NCBI RefSeq assembly: GCF_964194025.1
Contig: NC_134480.1
Span: 37,014,001 to 37,078,000, forward strand
DNA: 64,000 nt
Reading direction: 5' to 3'
Origin: Convolutriloba macropyga
Lineage: Eukaryota
Positions within the stretch are counted from its first letter, which is position 1. Every line of letters begins with the position of its first letter. Made by a program: the position numbers and the translations under genes. Shown one piece after another: positions 55,901-64,000 of the stretch. The notes beneath the pieces were generated by a model. That model saw only the letters and a program-made list of their open reading frames with translations, did no database searches and was not told the origin of the DNA.

Positions 55901-58900
55901 CAAGATTATCTGGATCTTACCTATAAGGTGAAGACATATCAAGCTTTGTTTACCTGGGGGGTCAGGTTTAGGGAAAAGTTTCCTCTCCCATCCCCACAAT
56001 AGGAATATGTGAAAATTCCTAATCAAAGATTTATCATCCTTATAGTGGTGTAATGGTTGCAATGGAATTTTCACCGGTACTATCCTAGCGTTTACTATCC
56101 AGTTTCCTACAGAAAAATGGCATTTTTGATTAAAACAAAAAGTTACCATGGAAAAGGGAAGGAAACAGCTCCCAGTTTATACGTCAAACACATTTTTAAG
56201 TTCTGAATATTTTGGCTTCTTTTCGATGTATGGTTTTTGTTCTTTTCGTCCCCTTCTGTTGATTTTAAGTTCTCGTAAGGTCACTATTTTTAATATCGAC
56301 TCCTCTGATTTGGACTTAAAAGTTACAAATTGTCACGTCATAAATCAATTTTGACGCACTTGAAGTTATTCATATCATCCTTCCTTAAAAAAACTTTCAG
56401 ATGCTTAATTTGAGACTTAGACTTTCAAGTGTAATTTTGTTCAGTTACAGAGGATTCGTCTGGCATTACAAAGCGAGAATGTGTAAATAAACGAACGTAG
56501 ATAGCGTAGTTTCCTAAACATCTAGAATATCACAGCTGAAATTTTTGACGGACCTTAAAATATGTTCGACGGCGCTAGTGGAAATGGCAGATGTACCAAA
56601 ATATAGAAATTTTGTTGCTCTTCAATCAGAATTGAGAAAATGTTATTACTGTTTTCTGATTGGCTGATTGCTTAACAACTGCTCCCTGTTTTAAAATAGG
56701 ATATAACTGATAACATAAATTTGCCAAGAATATGCGCGAAGCCGAAAGAGAAAAATGTGTATTTTTGGGGTGAAACTGATCACACGTTCAGTTGTGTTAG
56801 ATTTATATCAAGTCCCATGGCGGCTGATGCATGGCCATTGCTCACAAGACATGGCCACACGCGGTAAGGTAAATAATTTAGAATAAGGCTACGTCAAATT
56901 TAGGTTAATTGAACGCATAAAATTTGTGTTTTAAATTCTTAACCAATCAGATTCGTTGAACATTCGGATCTTTTCAACAATTACCCGCCTTTTGCAAGGG
57001 GGGGGGGGGCTATTCTTGAATAGAATTTAAGGCGGGTACCAAAGGGGGGCAATTGTTGAAAAGATCCGAACATTCTATAATTTGGTACGTCTACTTCGAG
57101 ACGTCACCATGTTCGACATAGCACCTTTTTTCTTGTTAAATGAGTTCAATAACTTAAATTTGTTAATTAACACTTACGCTTGCGAAGCCAAACTTTGTCA
57201 CGCTCCAAGATACAAATATGTGCTAGTTATCAGTTAGTCTGTGGCGTTTAGAGAACCTATCAAATGGATGACAAATTTTTTGTTTAAAGTTATCGACAAA
57301 TTAGGGTTCGTTTGGCTCGCTTCGTTGCTCCGCAGTGGTAACCTGCCTAGTTACCATAATAACGGTGTCAATATGCGGCGCCACCGACTTCCGCACTCTT
57401 ATCCGGACATCACTGTCCAGCAGGATGGCTGGCGTGAATAATGTTCATGAAGGTTCAACAACGTCAACAAAATTTGCAGAAATTAATGAGATCTCGATGG
57501 CCGTCTAGGGGGCCGGATGTCGGGCTGCACGGAATCGTGAATGCGAACCCGGCTGTCGGGCCCACTGTCTCCCATTGGGCTGCCTTGGTTGACTAGAATA
57601 TGACAACGATAAAACGTACCACTTGTTATCAGACACGGTTATTACATAAAACGCACGAATTAGGCGCACGCTAATTGAAGTGGTTCATTTAGTATTGCTG
57701 ACACAAACTGTATTTTATTAACTAACGCTAACTTTGATCCCTTGGTACAATTATACAAAACAGCTGCAATTATTTCAGTTCTTGTCAGACATCAACAAAT
57801 TAAAATTAAAGTTAACTAATTGGAATAAATGCCCGAGAAAAGTCCGAAAAAAATTCGAGAGAGTCAGTAAACATTAATAAAAAGTAAACAAAAAAATAAC
57901 AACAAATTAACAATCAAACTGTAAACAACTGATATTTGATTGACTAAGAAAGAACTGGAAGAACCTGAAATTGAATTTACTTTGTTGTTGTGAGTTCTGC
58001 GGATGTGGCGCTTGGATTTGTAGATGGTTCTAAACTCACAAAAATATACAATCTTGAGGCTCAAGGCTCTTGTCGTGGGTTCGAGCCACGTGGCGCGCAA
58101 AAAAGTATTCTTCGCTGGCGGAATACTCGCAATCACTGCAAACAAAACTTTTCTTCTTAACCATCGCTTTCGCGAAACCTCGTTTTCGCTTTATTCTCAT
58201 CAGCTTGTCCAGCGTAAAAACATCATTTTCCTTGTCTAAAGTCATTACCTTTTTTATGATAACAGTCCCCTGGCATAAGTTGGTATCAATGTGAGTAATC
58301 GCTAGCAATAAATGTTCCCCACAGGCTATAAGTGATTCGTCAAAACAAAATTCGAAAGTTATTTCTTCTGTCGTTGTCACAATTCAACTCAACAAAGTAA
58401 ACAGTGAGCAAATGAATAAAACCAAAACAACAATCAAACCTGAAATACACTACATATGAAGACCATTGAGTCTACATTGATTCAGACACTGGAAAAAAAT
58501 AAACTGAAACAGACTGATTAACACCGGGATTGACACCCCACGGGCGAAGTCCGAAGCGTGTACTACTTTTACTTCTACTACTAGACCACAATTAATTCTG
58601 ACTCGCACCTCGACCTCCACGTCCTTCTATCTCAGCCTCCGACTTCCTCCTCCGACCTCCGCCTCCGACTCCACCCCAAAGATGTAAATGCACCAATATA
58701 TGGTATAGTTGGAGCTAGAATAGCTTTTGAGGGTATTTTAAAAAGTTCTTGCGTGAGATCGAGTTATTCGAAATTTTCAAAATTTGCTATGTTTTTTATA
58801 TGTACAGTCTGATGATGAGAGGAATGTGAAACATTCTGTGCAGTGTTGGCCAAGAATGTAAATTAGGCTGCGAAGAAGAGGGACAGACTTGGATGTTTCT

Positions 58901-59939
58901 TAATGGAGTCTGGGCAGACTGGCAAAAGTATTTGTACTGCTATTTGTCTCGTACCGTAATGGTTACACTTGAAAGTCAATGGTACAGCGCTGAAACTCAC
59001 TGTGAGCAAGGTCCGGGCAGCTGAGGCATGACCGATAAATGCTTCGAGAAACTTTTTTATTTTCGGCTAAATGAGCCTTCGCCTATCTGAGTTCACATCG
59101 GTAGTGACATGCGTGGCGGAAAAAAGTGACAATATATACTCGTCTTTAAAAAATGATTAGTACGTACTGGGGTCAGAAAGAGTTAAGAATGATCCAAATT
59201 TATCAATTTACACTTTTCAAGACATTATATTGCGGAAAATTTAAATTATTTTAGCGAAGTGAATGATGATTTGTATGCTAATGTTGCTTTTGAGAATGAA
59301 AAGATCTATCCGATCAGAGAAAATGATGGTTCAGTAATGATTTTGGCAAGATTTTTTGTTAATTTCCCATGGCGCATTAATACCGAATCATGATATTAGC
59401 TAATTAAAAGCGGATAATTAATGGCATGTTTTCATCATATCATCATTAGAATTAGGGTCAAGAAATGAAAGAAATAAGTTACGTGGCTCTATTGAATTAT
59501 CATGCTCAGAACTTCTGGCATAAATCGATTCAGCGAAGTGGTGTTCGAGGTCTTAGACATATTTTCGAAATTAATTCTACAGAGTCAAGTAACCTTGCTT
59601 AAAACACGCATTTTACCGAGGTTTAAAATGGCTAAAATCAGCAGTGCCGCCTTCTGAAATTATTTGAAATTATTTTAAAAAAATCTGCTATTGGTAATTT
59701 TTGGGCATTTAAAAAACTCAATCGTGTGTGTTTTAATGCAGAAACCAGTTTGCAGTTCATTTATTTGTTTCTGAATAATGTGCTGTTTGTGTTTGTGATG
59801 TGTAGGCGTGGCCTGAGGATGCCCTGGAGAAAGTGGCGACCAGGTACCTGGATGATGTGGAGATGAATCAGGAGGTCAGACAGGAAGTTACCCACATGTG
59901 CAAACAATTCCACGAGGATGTCAGACAACTTTCAAATAA
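416..59939 (+). CDS. DNAH3: Axonemal dynein heavy chain, DNAH3-like; partial multi-exon gene (17 exons, end of AAA2 to AAA3 to AAA4 to start of stalk)
   Basis: Spliced translation is open and collinear with axonemal dynein heavy chains: LGWQPL, AAA3 Walker [17 protein letters not shown], Walker [63 protein letters not shown]4 [44 protein letters not shown]. Segments such as [31 protein letters not shown] and [11 protein letters not shown] resemble DNAH3 more than DNAH7 as I recall them. All intron phases are consistent. Dynein call is near certain; the paralog is less so. Confidence 0.9.
873..2351 (+). mobile_element. Non-autonomous Helentron-type element (HINE/DINE-1-like), copy 1
   Basis: 5' TTGTTGTTCCGACTCAC..GTGGGAGGGGGAA; 3' subterminal inverted repeat GGGGTCGGAACA (2305-2316), then a degenerate hairpin and CTTTGTT end. 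Termini shared with 10603-12767 and 60669-63197. Confidence 0.7.
2451..2584 (+). CDS. DNAH3: Dynein exon 2: [44 protein letters not shown]
   Basis: Acceptor ttttaag; WLxxPCLxF...RLYSS motif; donor GTTTGT, phase 2. Confidence 0.88.
3054..3162 (+). CDS. DNAH3: Dynein exon 3 (acidic linker): [36 protein letters not shown]
   Basis: Acceptor taatag, donor GTAAGA; phase 2 to 0 bridges exons 2 and 4; coding-like composition. Confidence 0.82.
3147..9664 (+). repeat. Tandem array of four 1.5-1.7 kb units (3147-4800, 4801-6463, 6464-8000, 8001-9660)
   Basis: Each unit starts GGAACTC(A/G)AA(A/C)TGCAGGTAAGATGG and ends ...AAATT; roughly 90% identical by eye; unit 3 lacks about 125 bp near 7177; the array ends at a GGAA microhomology (9661-9664). 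Confidence 0.95.
10603..12767 (+). mobile_element. Non-autonomous Helentron-type element (HINE/DINE-1-like), copy 2
   Basis: 5' palindromic TTCCGACCCCACTTGTGGGGGAAGGAA; 3' GGTCGGAACA followed by perfect hairpin ATGTGCG-AA-CGCACAT (12735-12750) and CTTGTT end. Confidence 0.75.
13905..13993 (+). CDS. DNAH3: Dynein exon 4: [29 protein letters not shown]
   Basis: Acceptor ttttag; FLFSxIWxxGG motif; donor GTTGGT, phase 2. Confidence 0.88.
14073..14132 (+). CDS. DNAH3: Dynein exon 5: [19 protein letters not shown]
   Basis: Follows a 79-bp intron; acceptor ttttcag, donor GTAAGT; KFxxFF motif; phase 2 to 2. Confidence 0.85.
17406..17550 (+). CDS. DNAH3: Dynein exon 6: [48 protein letters not shown]
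   Basis: Acceptor tttcag; PxRGSxYDY...GxWxxW motif; donor GTTAGC. Confidence 0.92.
18400..18976 (-). repeat. 3' LTR of the Gypsy element (577 bp)
   Basis: Starts TGTGATATAG and ends TACGACA on the minus strand; preceded by the purine tract. Confidence 0.93.
20125..23244 (-). pseudogene. pol: pol (protease, RT, RNase H, integrase), multiple frameshifts and stops
   Basis: [10 protein letters not shown]; [21 protein letters not shown] (catalytic DD mutated), KCHF..IEWLG; [27 protein letters not shown]; IN H..HPG, WWP, CNPC, IDFVGP, DRFSKF, GLVER. Confidence 0.92.
23407..24419 (-). pseudogene. gag: gag (frameshifted)
   Basis: ORFs 24066-24419 and 23407-24084: [26 protein letters not shown] and a degenerate Mag-type double Zn knuckle CRGCG...[11 protein letters not shown]...HFAKV. 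Confidence 0.85.
24419..25007 (-). repeat. 5' LTR of the Gypsy element (589 bp)
   Basis: Direct repeat of 18400-18976, about 7% divergent in the first 140 bp compared by eye. Confidence 0.93.
25894..25932. repeat. (TA)n microsatellite
   Basis: About 19 TA units. Confidence 0.95.
26230..26544 (-). mobile_element. Partial HINE-type element (5' end), inverted copy
   Basis: Reverse complement reads TTGTTCCGACTCG..GTGGGAGGGAGGAACTATATATTCAAATGGGTTT, matching the 5' ends at 873, 10603 and 60669. 3' end not found; left boundary approximate. Confidence 0.55.
27854..28092 (+). CDS. DNAH3: Dynein exon 7 (AAA3 Walker A GPTGTGKS)
   Basis: [14 protein letters not shown]...GPTGTGKS...[20 protein letters not shown]; acceptor atgtag, donor GTTAGT, phase 2. 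Confidence 0.95.
29497..29646. mobile_element. Merlin-like MITE (old)
   Basis: TIR GGATTTTTTCCGT / ACGGAAAAGATCC; flanks GAAAGATT vs GAGAGTTT (6/8 match). Confidence 0.5.
30047..30196 (+). CDS. DNAH3: Dynein exon 8 (AAA3 Walker B FVDDLNMP)
   Basis: [49 protein letters not shown]; acceptor gctcag, donor GTAAGT. Confidence 0.95.
34892..35111 (+). CDS. DNAH3: Dynein exon 9
   Basis: [34 protein letters not shown]...[16 protein letters not shown]; acceptor ctgatag, donor GTTCGT. Confidence 0.93.
35175..35323. mobile_element. MITE, about 150 bp
   Basis: TIR ATAGTTAGTCCCATAAAGTTG / CAACTTTTTGGGAGTAACTAT. Confidence 0.6.
35328..40193 (-). mobile_element. Heavily decayed, internally deleted BEL/Pao LTR retrotransposon
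   Basis: Diverged LTR pair at ~35328-35818 and ~39742-40193; PBS-like TGGGTCCACCGACCCGGA (39723-39740, resembling a tRNA-Tyr PBS); minus-strand motifs NAAS (RT), IFADA...KCRVAP...LELQA and [11 protein letters not shown] (RH), WLSGP, GVDYFGP (IN). No clean TSD. Confidence 0.85.
40884..40997 (+). CDS. DNAH3: Dynein exon 10
   Basis: [38 protein letters not shown]; tttgcag / GTTAGT. Confidence 0.95.
41579..41737 (+). CDS. DNAH3: Dynein exon 11
   Basis: GFLMFK...[21 protein letters not shown]...DIVN; tttcag / GTGAGC. Confidence 0.94.
42279..42455 (+). CDS. DNAH3: Dynein exon 12
   Basis: [11 protein letters not shown]...LRGLFFGDF...[12 protein letters not shown]; tttgcag / GTTTGA. Confidence 0.93.
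42728..42790 (+). repeat. 18-bp minisatellite, about 3.5 copies (ATCTAAATCCAGGTGC/G..)
   Basis: Direct reading; followed by TTAGGG-like units at ~42806-42823. Confidence 0.7.
42982..43120 (+). CDS. DNAH3: Dynein exon 13
   Basis: [46 protein letters not shown]; ttccag / GTATGT, phase 1. Confidence 0.95.
43365..45992. mobile_element. Non-autonomous DNA transposon, CMC/EnSpm-like
   Basis: About 50-bp TIR CC(T/C)TAG...TGGGACGGTTA(C/T)CT(G/A)CTAAGATCT(C/T)GCAAGA; GA on both flanks (possible 2-bp TSD); subterminal AAGATTCTT..CAGATAACCGTT repeats at both ends; no transposase. Confidence 0.72.
43950..44790 (+). repeat. About 170-bp tandem array (about 5 units) inside the TIR element
   Basis: ACAACCTAATGGGTAC-AGTAGTCTAGTAC-CGTATGAT core recurs near 44045, 44218, 44381, 44555 and 44727. 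Confidence 0.88.
46621..46811 (+). CDS. DNAH3: Dynein exon 14 (AAA4 Walker [10 protein letters not shown])
   Basis: [14 protein letters not shown]...WREDLRKVL...FGDHQIK; tttgcag / GTCAGA. Confidence 0.95.
47763..48051. mobile_element. MITE, about 290 bp
   Basis: TIR CACTGAAACGAAACTTGA / TCAAGTTTCGTTTCACTG; internal AAGATCTT motifs. Confidence 0.7.
50671..50766 (+). CDS. DNAH3: Dynein exon 15 (AAA4 Walker B region)
   Basis: [32 protein letters not shown]; ttccag / GTACCG. Confidence 0.94.
51585..51776 (+). CDS. DNAH3: Dynein exon 16
   Basis: MQQQALAEK...[35 protein letters not shown]; ctgcag / GTAAGT. Confidence 0.95.
55427..56012 (+). pseudogene. Possible nested orphan ORF (about 110 aa) interrupted by a MITE
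   Basis: ATG at 55427 opens 93 coding-like codons up to the MITE; excising the MITE gives 17 more codons to TGA at 56010-56012. No family recognised. Confidence 0.35.
55708..55958. mobile_element. MITE, about 250 bp (CCC-ended, CMC-like)
   Basis: TIR CCCAGTTAAACTAACCTTGA / TCAAGCTTTGTTTACCTGGG; internal AAGATCTT motifs. Confidence 0.72.
56966..57067. mobile_element. Merlin-like MITE, 102 bp
   Basis: TIR GGATCTTTTCAACAATT / AATTGTTGAAAAGATCC; perfect 8-bp TSD GAACATTC (56958-56965 and 57068-57075). Confidence 0.8.
57864..58380 (-). pseudogene. C2H2 zinc-finger gene remnant, antisense in dynein intron 16
   Basis: Canonical finger [24 protein letters not shown]; removing one base from the A5 run at 58040-58044 restores a second finger [20 protein letters not shown]. 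Confidence 0.65.
59806..59939 (+). CDS. DNAH3: Dynein exon 17
   Basis: [44 protein letters not shown]; gtgtag / GTCAGT, phase 2. Next exon not found in the window. Confidence 0.94.
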
Positions 59940-60668
59940 GTCAGTGCATTATACCTGATGCTTAATAGTAACAGAACGCAGAAATAATAACGTCTTAATA
60001 CGTGAATTTTAACCTCGATTTCATAATTTCAGTTTTTATTGATTGGTTTGAGTTTGTATTGGTATTCTACGTGATTTCTTTTAAGCTGAAGCAAGTTCGT
60101 TCATGATTCAACTTTTGAATTCTGTTTGTTTTCGGACATTGACTTCTGTTTTAGAACGCTGTACTTTAATGGCAGCCCAGTTACTAATCCAAAGTAATTA
60201 GGAGCTGCTGGTCATACTTAAGGTCGAAAGGTCATTTTGACAAGTTTTCGCCTTAAATGTCCCTCCTCCCTATCCAAAGTACAGAAAATCCCCACCTCTG
60301 GACTTATCTACCCCCAAATCTACCCCCACCTACATATCCCCAGACCTATCTATCCTCCCGCCTGCCTACAGCCGGCCAACCAACCCTCCCGCACCAACTT
60401 AGTTTTGTGTCCGAATTTTGTTTAATTTTTTTCCTTGTTTTATTAGATACTTAATTTATTTCTATATCTTTCTTTTAGGAGATATATTGCACGACTCTTT
60501 GTGTCGTTTCCGGTTTTCTACCGGCTATGTTTAACTGTTAAGTCCTCAGATAAGTTGGAGAACCTCAACATAGAAAGTTTGTCAGCACTCTATCAATGCA
60601 GTACATAGCTTTATTGGGACTCTGTTGAATTTAATGTCCTCTATAGAATGGCCTGTGACTTTCATATA

Positions 60669-63197
60669 GTTGTTTCAAACCCTCTTGAGGGGGGAGGAAC
60701 TATATACTCAAATGGTTTTTTGTTCAGAAAATTTTTGCCAATTTTTGCCAAAGAGAGTTGAGACTGGTATCATTAGAGAGCTTGTCCAGCGTAGAATATG
60801 GAATAAAAAACATTTTTTTGATTTTCGTTTTTTACAGGGAATTATTGAGGTTTAAACTTTTGAGAAAATAGAGTGAATTCCGTTGATTTTATTCACATTT
60901 TTCGGAATTTTTGACTAAAATTTCGCCAAATTTGATAAAGTTAGTAAAAAAAATTTCAAGAAAGTACTGTTGATTTTATTTTTAAAGAAAGAAAATAATG
61001 TCGGCTATTTTTACTTACTTTTTTCCAAAGATTCTGGCTAAATATTTCGCAAAATTCAGACTTATTCATCAAAAACAGCACAAAATAAGTTTATTTAGAC
61101 TACTTTGATTCAATTTGCAGGAAGTACACACACCAAAAACCGCTAACACAATCTTCGTAGACTCAAAAGGGGGCCATTTTTACTTCAACCGTTGCGAGTG
61201 CTCCGTAATTAAAACTTTGCCGTTTTTTGCTAACTTTACTTGTTTTTTTAAATCAAAATCGCAGCCTTTATTTTTGATTTTTAACAAACAAAATATCTAT
61301 ATCTATATAGATATGGACAAAAAGCATTAGGAGAGCTAGTTTTGGACCGGTTTTGGACTCTTACAATCCAAAATTTTTCGGATTGTAATCAGTCGGTCTT
61401 TTTTGTAAAAAAATTCTTTTTTATATATTAACTGAATAATAGAACATTTCAAAACTCACTAGTGATAGGTCCAATTCGCTTCCTAATTAGATCCTAATTA
61501 TTGTATCTAGTTTAAAACTTGAACGCCTATTGTCGTCTTGACTTTTAAAAAAATTTGATTTTTAATTAAGTAATGGCTTAACGAACTTTGTCTCAATTTT
61601 TCTCTTAATTTGGCCACCTTGTAGCTTAGCGTCAGCAATGAAAGAATGCTTCTTCTTTCTACTGATTTCAAATTCAATCTTTATTGCGGTTTTTTACCTT
61701 AAGTTATGGTTTTCTGGTTTTGATAATACTGGACTTCACAAAATTTTTTATTTTCATGTTCTTTCCCTTGCGCATTTTTCACGTTTTCTAGTTTTGTCAC
61801 ATTATCAGTTATTGACAGTTCACATATCACATTATTGGCGTTCAAATCAATGCACAATCAATAATATTGAAATCTTTAATGAAAAAGACCCTGGTTTTAA
61901 TTTCCCGTACACTGAGCCGGTTTGACTGGTTTTTCAATTTTATTTAATTGAATTTTTTAATTTTGTCTTTAACTGTCGTTTTTACTTTATCTTTTCAGTC
62001 GTATGAAATTTTCTGTGTAATGACAGGTTTCATTAGATTTTCAAGGAAGAATAGATGATCCGGTCTTCTGATTATATTAGACTGCTGATGATTTTCATGA
62101 CTTTGAAAACAATTGCTTTCCGAAATATATAAAAAACTCTTTTTAACTTCGCAATTTTGTTCTTTTTATTGTCTATTTGTTACCTAGTCTCGTTAATTAC
62201 AGGCCAAATATGACATTATTGTTGCCAAGGTACGGTGTCAAAAAGGATTGTTGTCACAAAATGTGATGCTTTTAAAGAATTCGTTATGATTTTACTGGCT
62301 TCGACACGGGTGTTTCTAAATAAAGTATAATAATTTTTGATTTCTGTCATATTTGACGTTCTTTTTGTAGACGTAAGACATATTCCGGATAACTGCAGGT
62401 CTCAAAGGCCTCTTTTGGAAGAATAAACGAACGTATTCAATTATTTCATTTCGTAATTAATGGTTTTTATGAATTTTGCAATCAAGCATATTTTGGGGTC
62501 AAAAACATGGCTTTAAGGCTTCGAAAGTGTTTTCTGGCAAGTTTTAATTGATATTTTGTTTTTTGTCTATATGTTGTTCTTTTTTAACCGCATAAAAAGT
62601 TGAAAACCAACAGTTCTTAATTCCCTTCTATAGAAGCATTGTAACTGTTAACCAAACGGATATTTTAGTTGATTTCTAATGGTTTTCCTTACCTTGAAAC
62701 TAAATCTTCTTTTTTAAAAAATAAGCGAGTTTTTCAAATTGACTTTTTTTTGTTTTTTATTGTCTAATTGTTACCAAGCCTTATTATGGACTCTTTCCAT
62801 ATCATTTTCGGTGAATTACAAGTTTTTTTTTTTGTTAATTTCAGTTTTATTTGACACTATTTTGTCTTTGTTATTAAGTTTGTTTTTTGAAACTTTGCTT
62901 TTTAAAACGGACATAAAGTTCTTGTAAACAATTTATTTGTTGTTGTTTGGTTTGGTTGTTCGTCTTGCTTTGCTTTCTTGATATTGGCATATCTCATCAA
63001 TTTAATGCATCATTTTTATTCCACTGAGTTATTTGCTTTGGAGGCTATCTTTTCGTTCATGCACTAATTTTTTTCGGAAAAAACGGAATTTTGGAGTTTT
63101 TCTACCTGTTCCTCATTTGGTAGACAATTATGCCAAAATTGTGGATGAGCGGGGTCGGAACCTTATGTGCGATCGCACATTACCGAGCCACCCTGTT
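60669..63197 (+). mobile_element. Non-autonomous Helentron-type element (HINE/DINE-1-like), copy 3
   Basis: Degenerate 5' end GTTGTTTCAAACCCTCTTGAGGGGGGAGGAACTATATACTCAAATGG; 3' GGGGTCGGAAC plus 16-bp palindrome ATGTGCGATCGCACAT (63165-63180) and CTGTT end. Confidence 0.72.
61108..61512 (+). repeat. About 400-bp dispersed repeat, copy A
   Basis: Near-identical to 63591-64000. Confidence 0.9.
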
Positions 63198-63590
63198 TTC
63201 GTCTCTGTTGAAAAAGCATAATTCTGAAAAAAATGTTTTAAATACGGATATTTGAGAATTTTAGCAGTTTTTGTATTTGAGACTTCATAAGGCAACAACT
63301 TTTAGTGGTATTAGTGTAGTGAACAAACTGCAGTTTTCCCACTACTTTCTTCAATAGCAAAATTTGAGAGAATTCTTGGAAAATTTTTGAAAATTTTTGC
63401 GCTGCTGAGGTTCATTTTTTGACATCTCCTTATTTCATTGTTTAATTCAAATCGATTTTTTTTCAACTTTAAACTTGTTGAAATTTGCGATCAGTGAGGT
63501 TTTTGTTCCATACAATTAAAAGCAGCTATGAATGTAACATTTGGTGGTCAGCGGTCATAATTTTTTAACAGATGATGATCACTGTTTGTA

Positions 63591-64000
63591 ATTCAATCTG
63601 CAGGAAGTACACACACCAAAAACCGCTAACACAATCTTTGTAGGCTCAAAAGGGGGCCATTTTTACTTCAACCGTTGCGAGTGCTCCGTAATTAAAACTT
63701 TGCAGTTTTTTACTAACTTTACTTGTTTTTTTCATCAAAATTGCAGCCTTTATTTTTGATTGTTAACAAACAAAATATCTATATCTATATAGACATGGAC
63801 AAAAAGAAATAGGAGAGCTAGTTTTGGACCAATTTTGGACCGTTACAATCAAAAAATTTTCGGATTGTAATCAGTCGGTCTTTTTTTGTAAAAAATTCTT
63901 TTTTATATATTAACTAAATAACAGAACATTTCAAATCAAAGCTCACTAGTGATAGGTCCAATTCGCTTCCCAATTAGATCCCAATTATTATATCGAGTTT
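63591..64000 (+). repeat. About 400-bp dispersed repeat, copy B (runs to window end)
   Basis: Near-identical to 61108-61512. Confidence 0.9.

Noticed and set aside
58805-58835. Hammerhead ribozyme-like CTGATGA...GAAAC
   Set aside because: The intervening sequence cannot form stem II.
57167-59186. piggyBac-like element bounded by TTAA around the zinc-finger remnant
   Set aside because: The ends match only over TTAAC.CTT; no convincing TIR.
61121-61160. Next dynein exon after TTTGCAG (also at 63604)
   Set aside because: The required phase stops quickly and lacks the expected YVTPTSYLELI motif.

Overview
AT-rich animal (invertebrate-type) genomic DNA. The whole window lies inside one + strand gene for an axonemal dynein heavy chain, closest to the single-headed inner-arm DNAH3 type. 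I resolved 17 GT-AG exons (about 2.43 kb, about 810 codons) in one continuous frame, from the end of AAA2 through AAA3 and AAA4 toward the stalk. The first exon is cut by a 200-N assembly gap, and the gene continues beyond both ends. About 96% of the window is intron, rich in repeats: a 4-copy 1.5-1.7 kb tandem array that starts inside exon 3 and copies its CAG|GTAAG junction three more times; a full-length but decayed Mag-like Ty3/Gypsy LTR retrotransposon (18400-25007, 5-bp TSD AGTTT) whose gag ATG is built from the LTR end plus the PBS; an old BEL/Pao element; three complete Helentron-type (HINE/DINE-1-like) non-autonomous elements; a CMC/EnSpm-like element carrying a ~170-bp tandem array; and several MITEs. 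Intron 16 also holds two nested ORF-like sequences: an orphan ~110-aa ORF split by a MITE and an antisense C2H2 zinc-finger remnant. I found no RNA genes or CRISPR arrays. All homology calls are from recalled motifs, not database searches.
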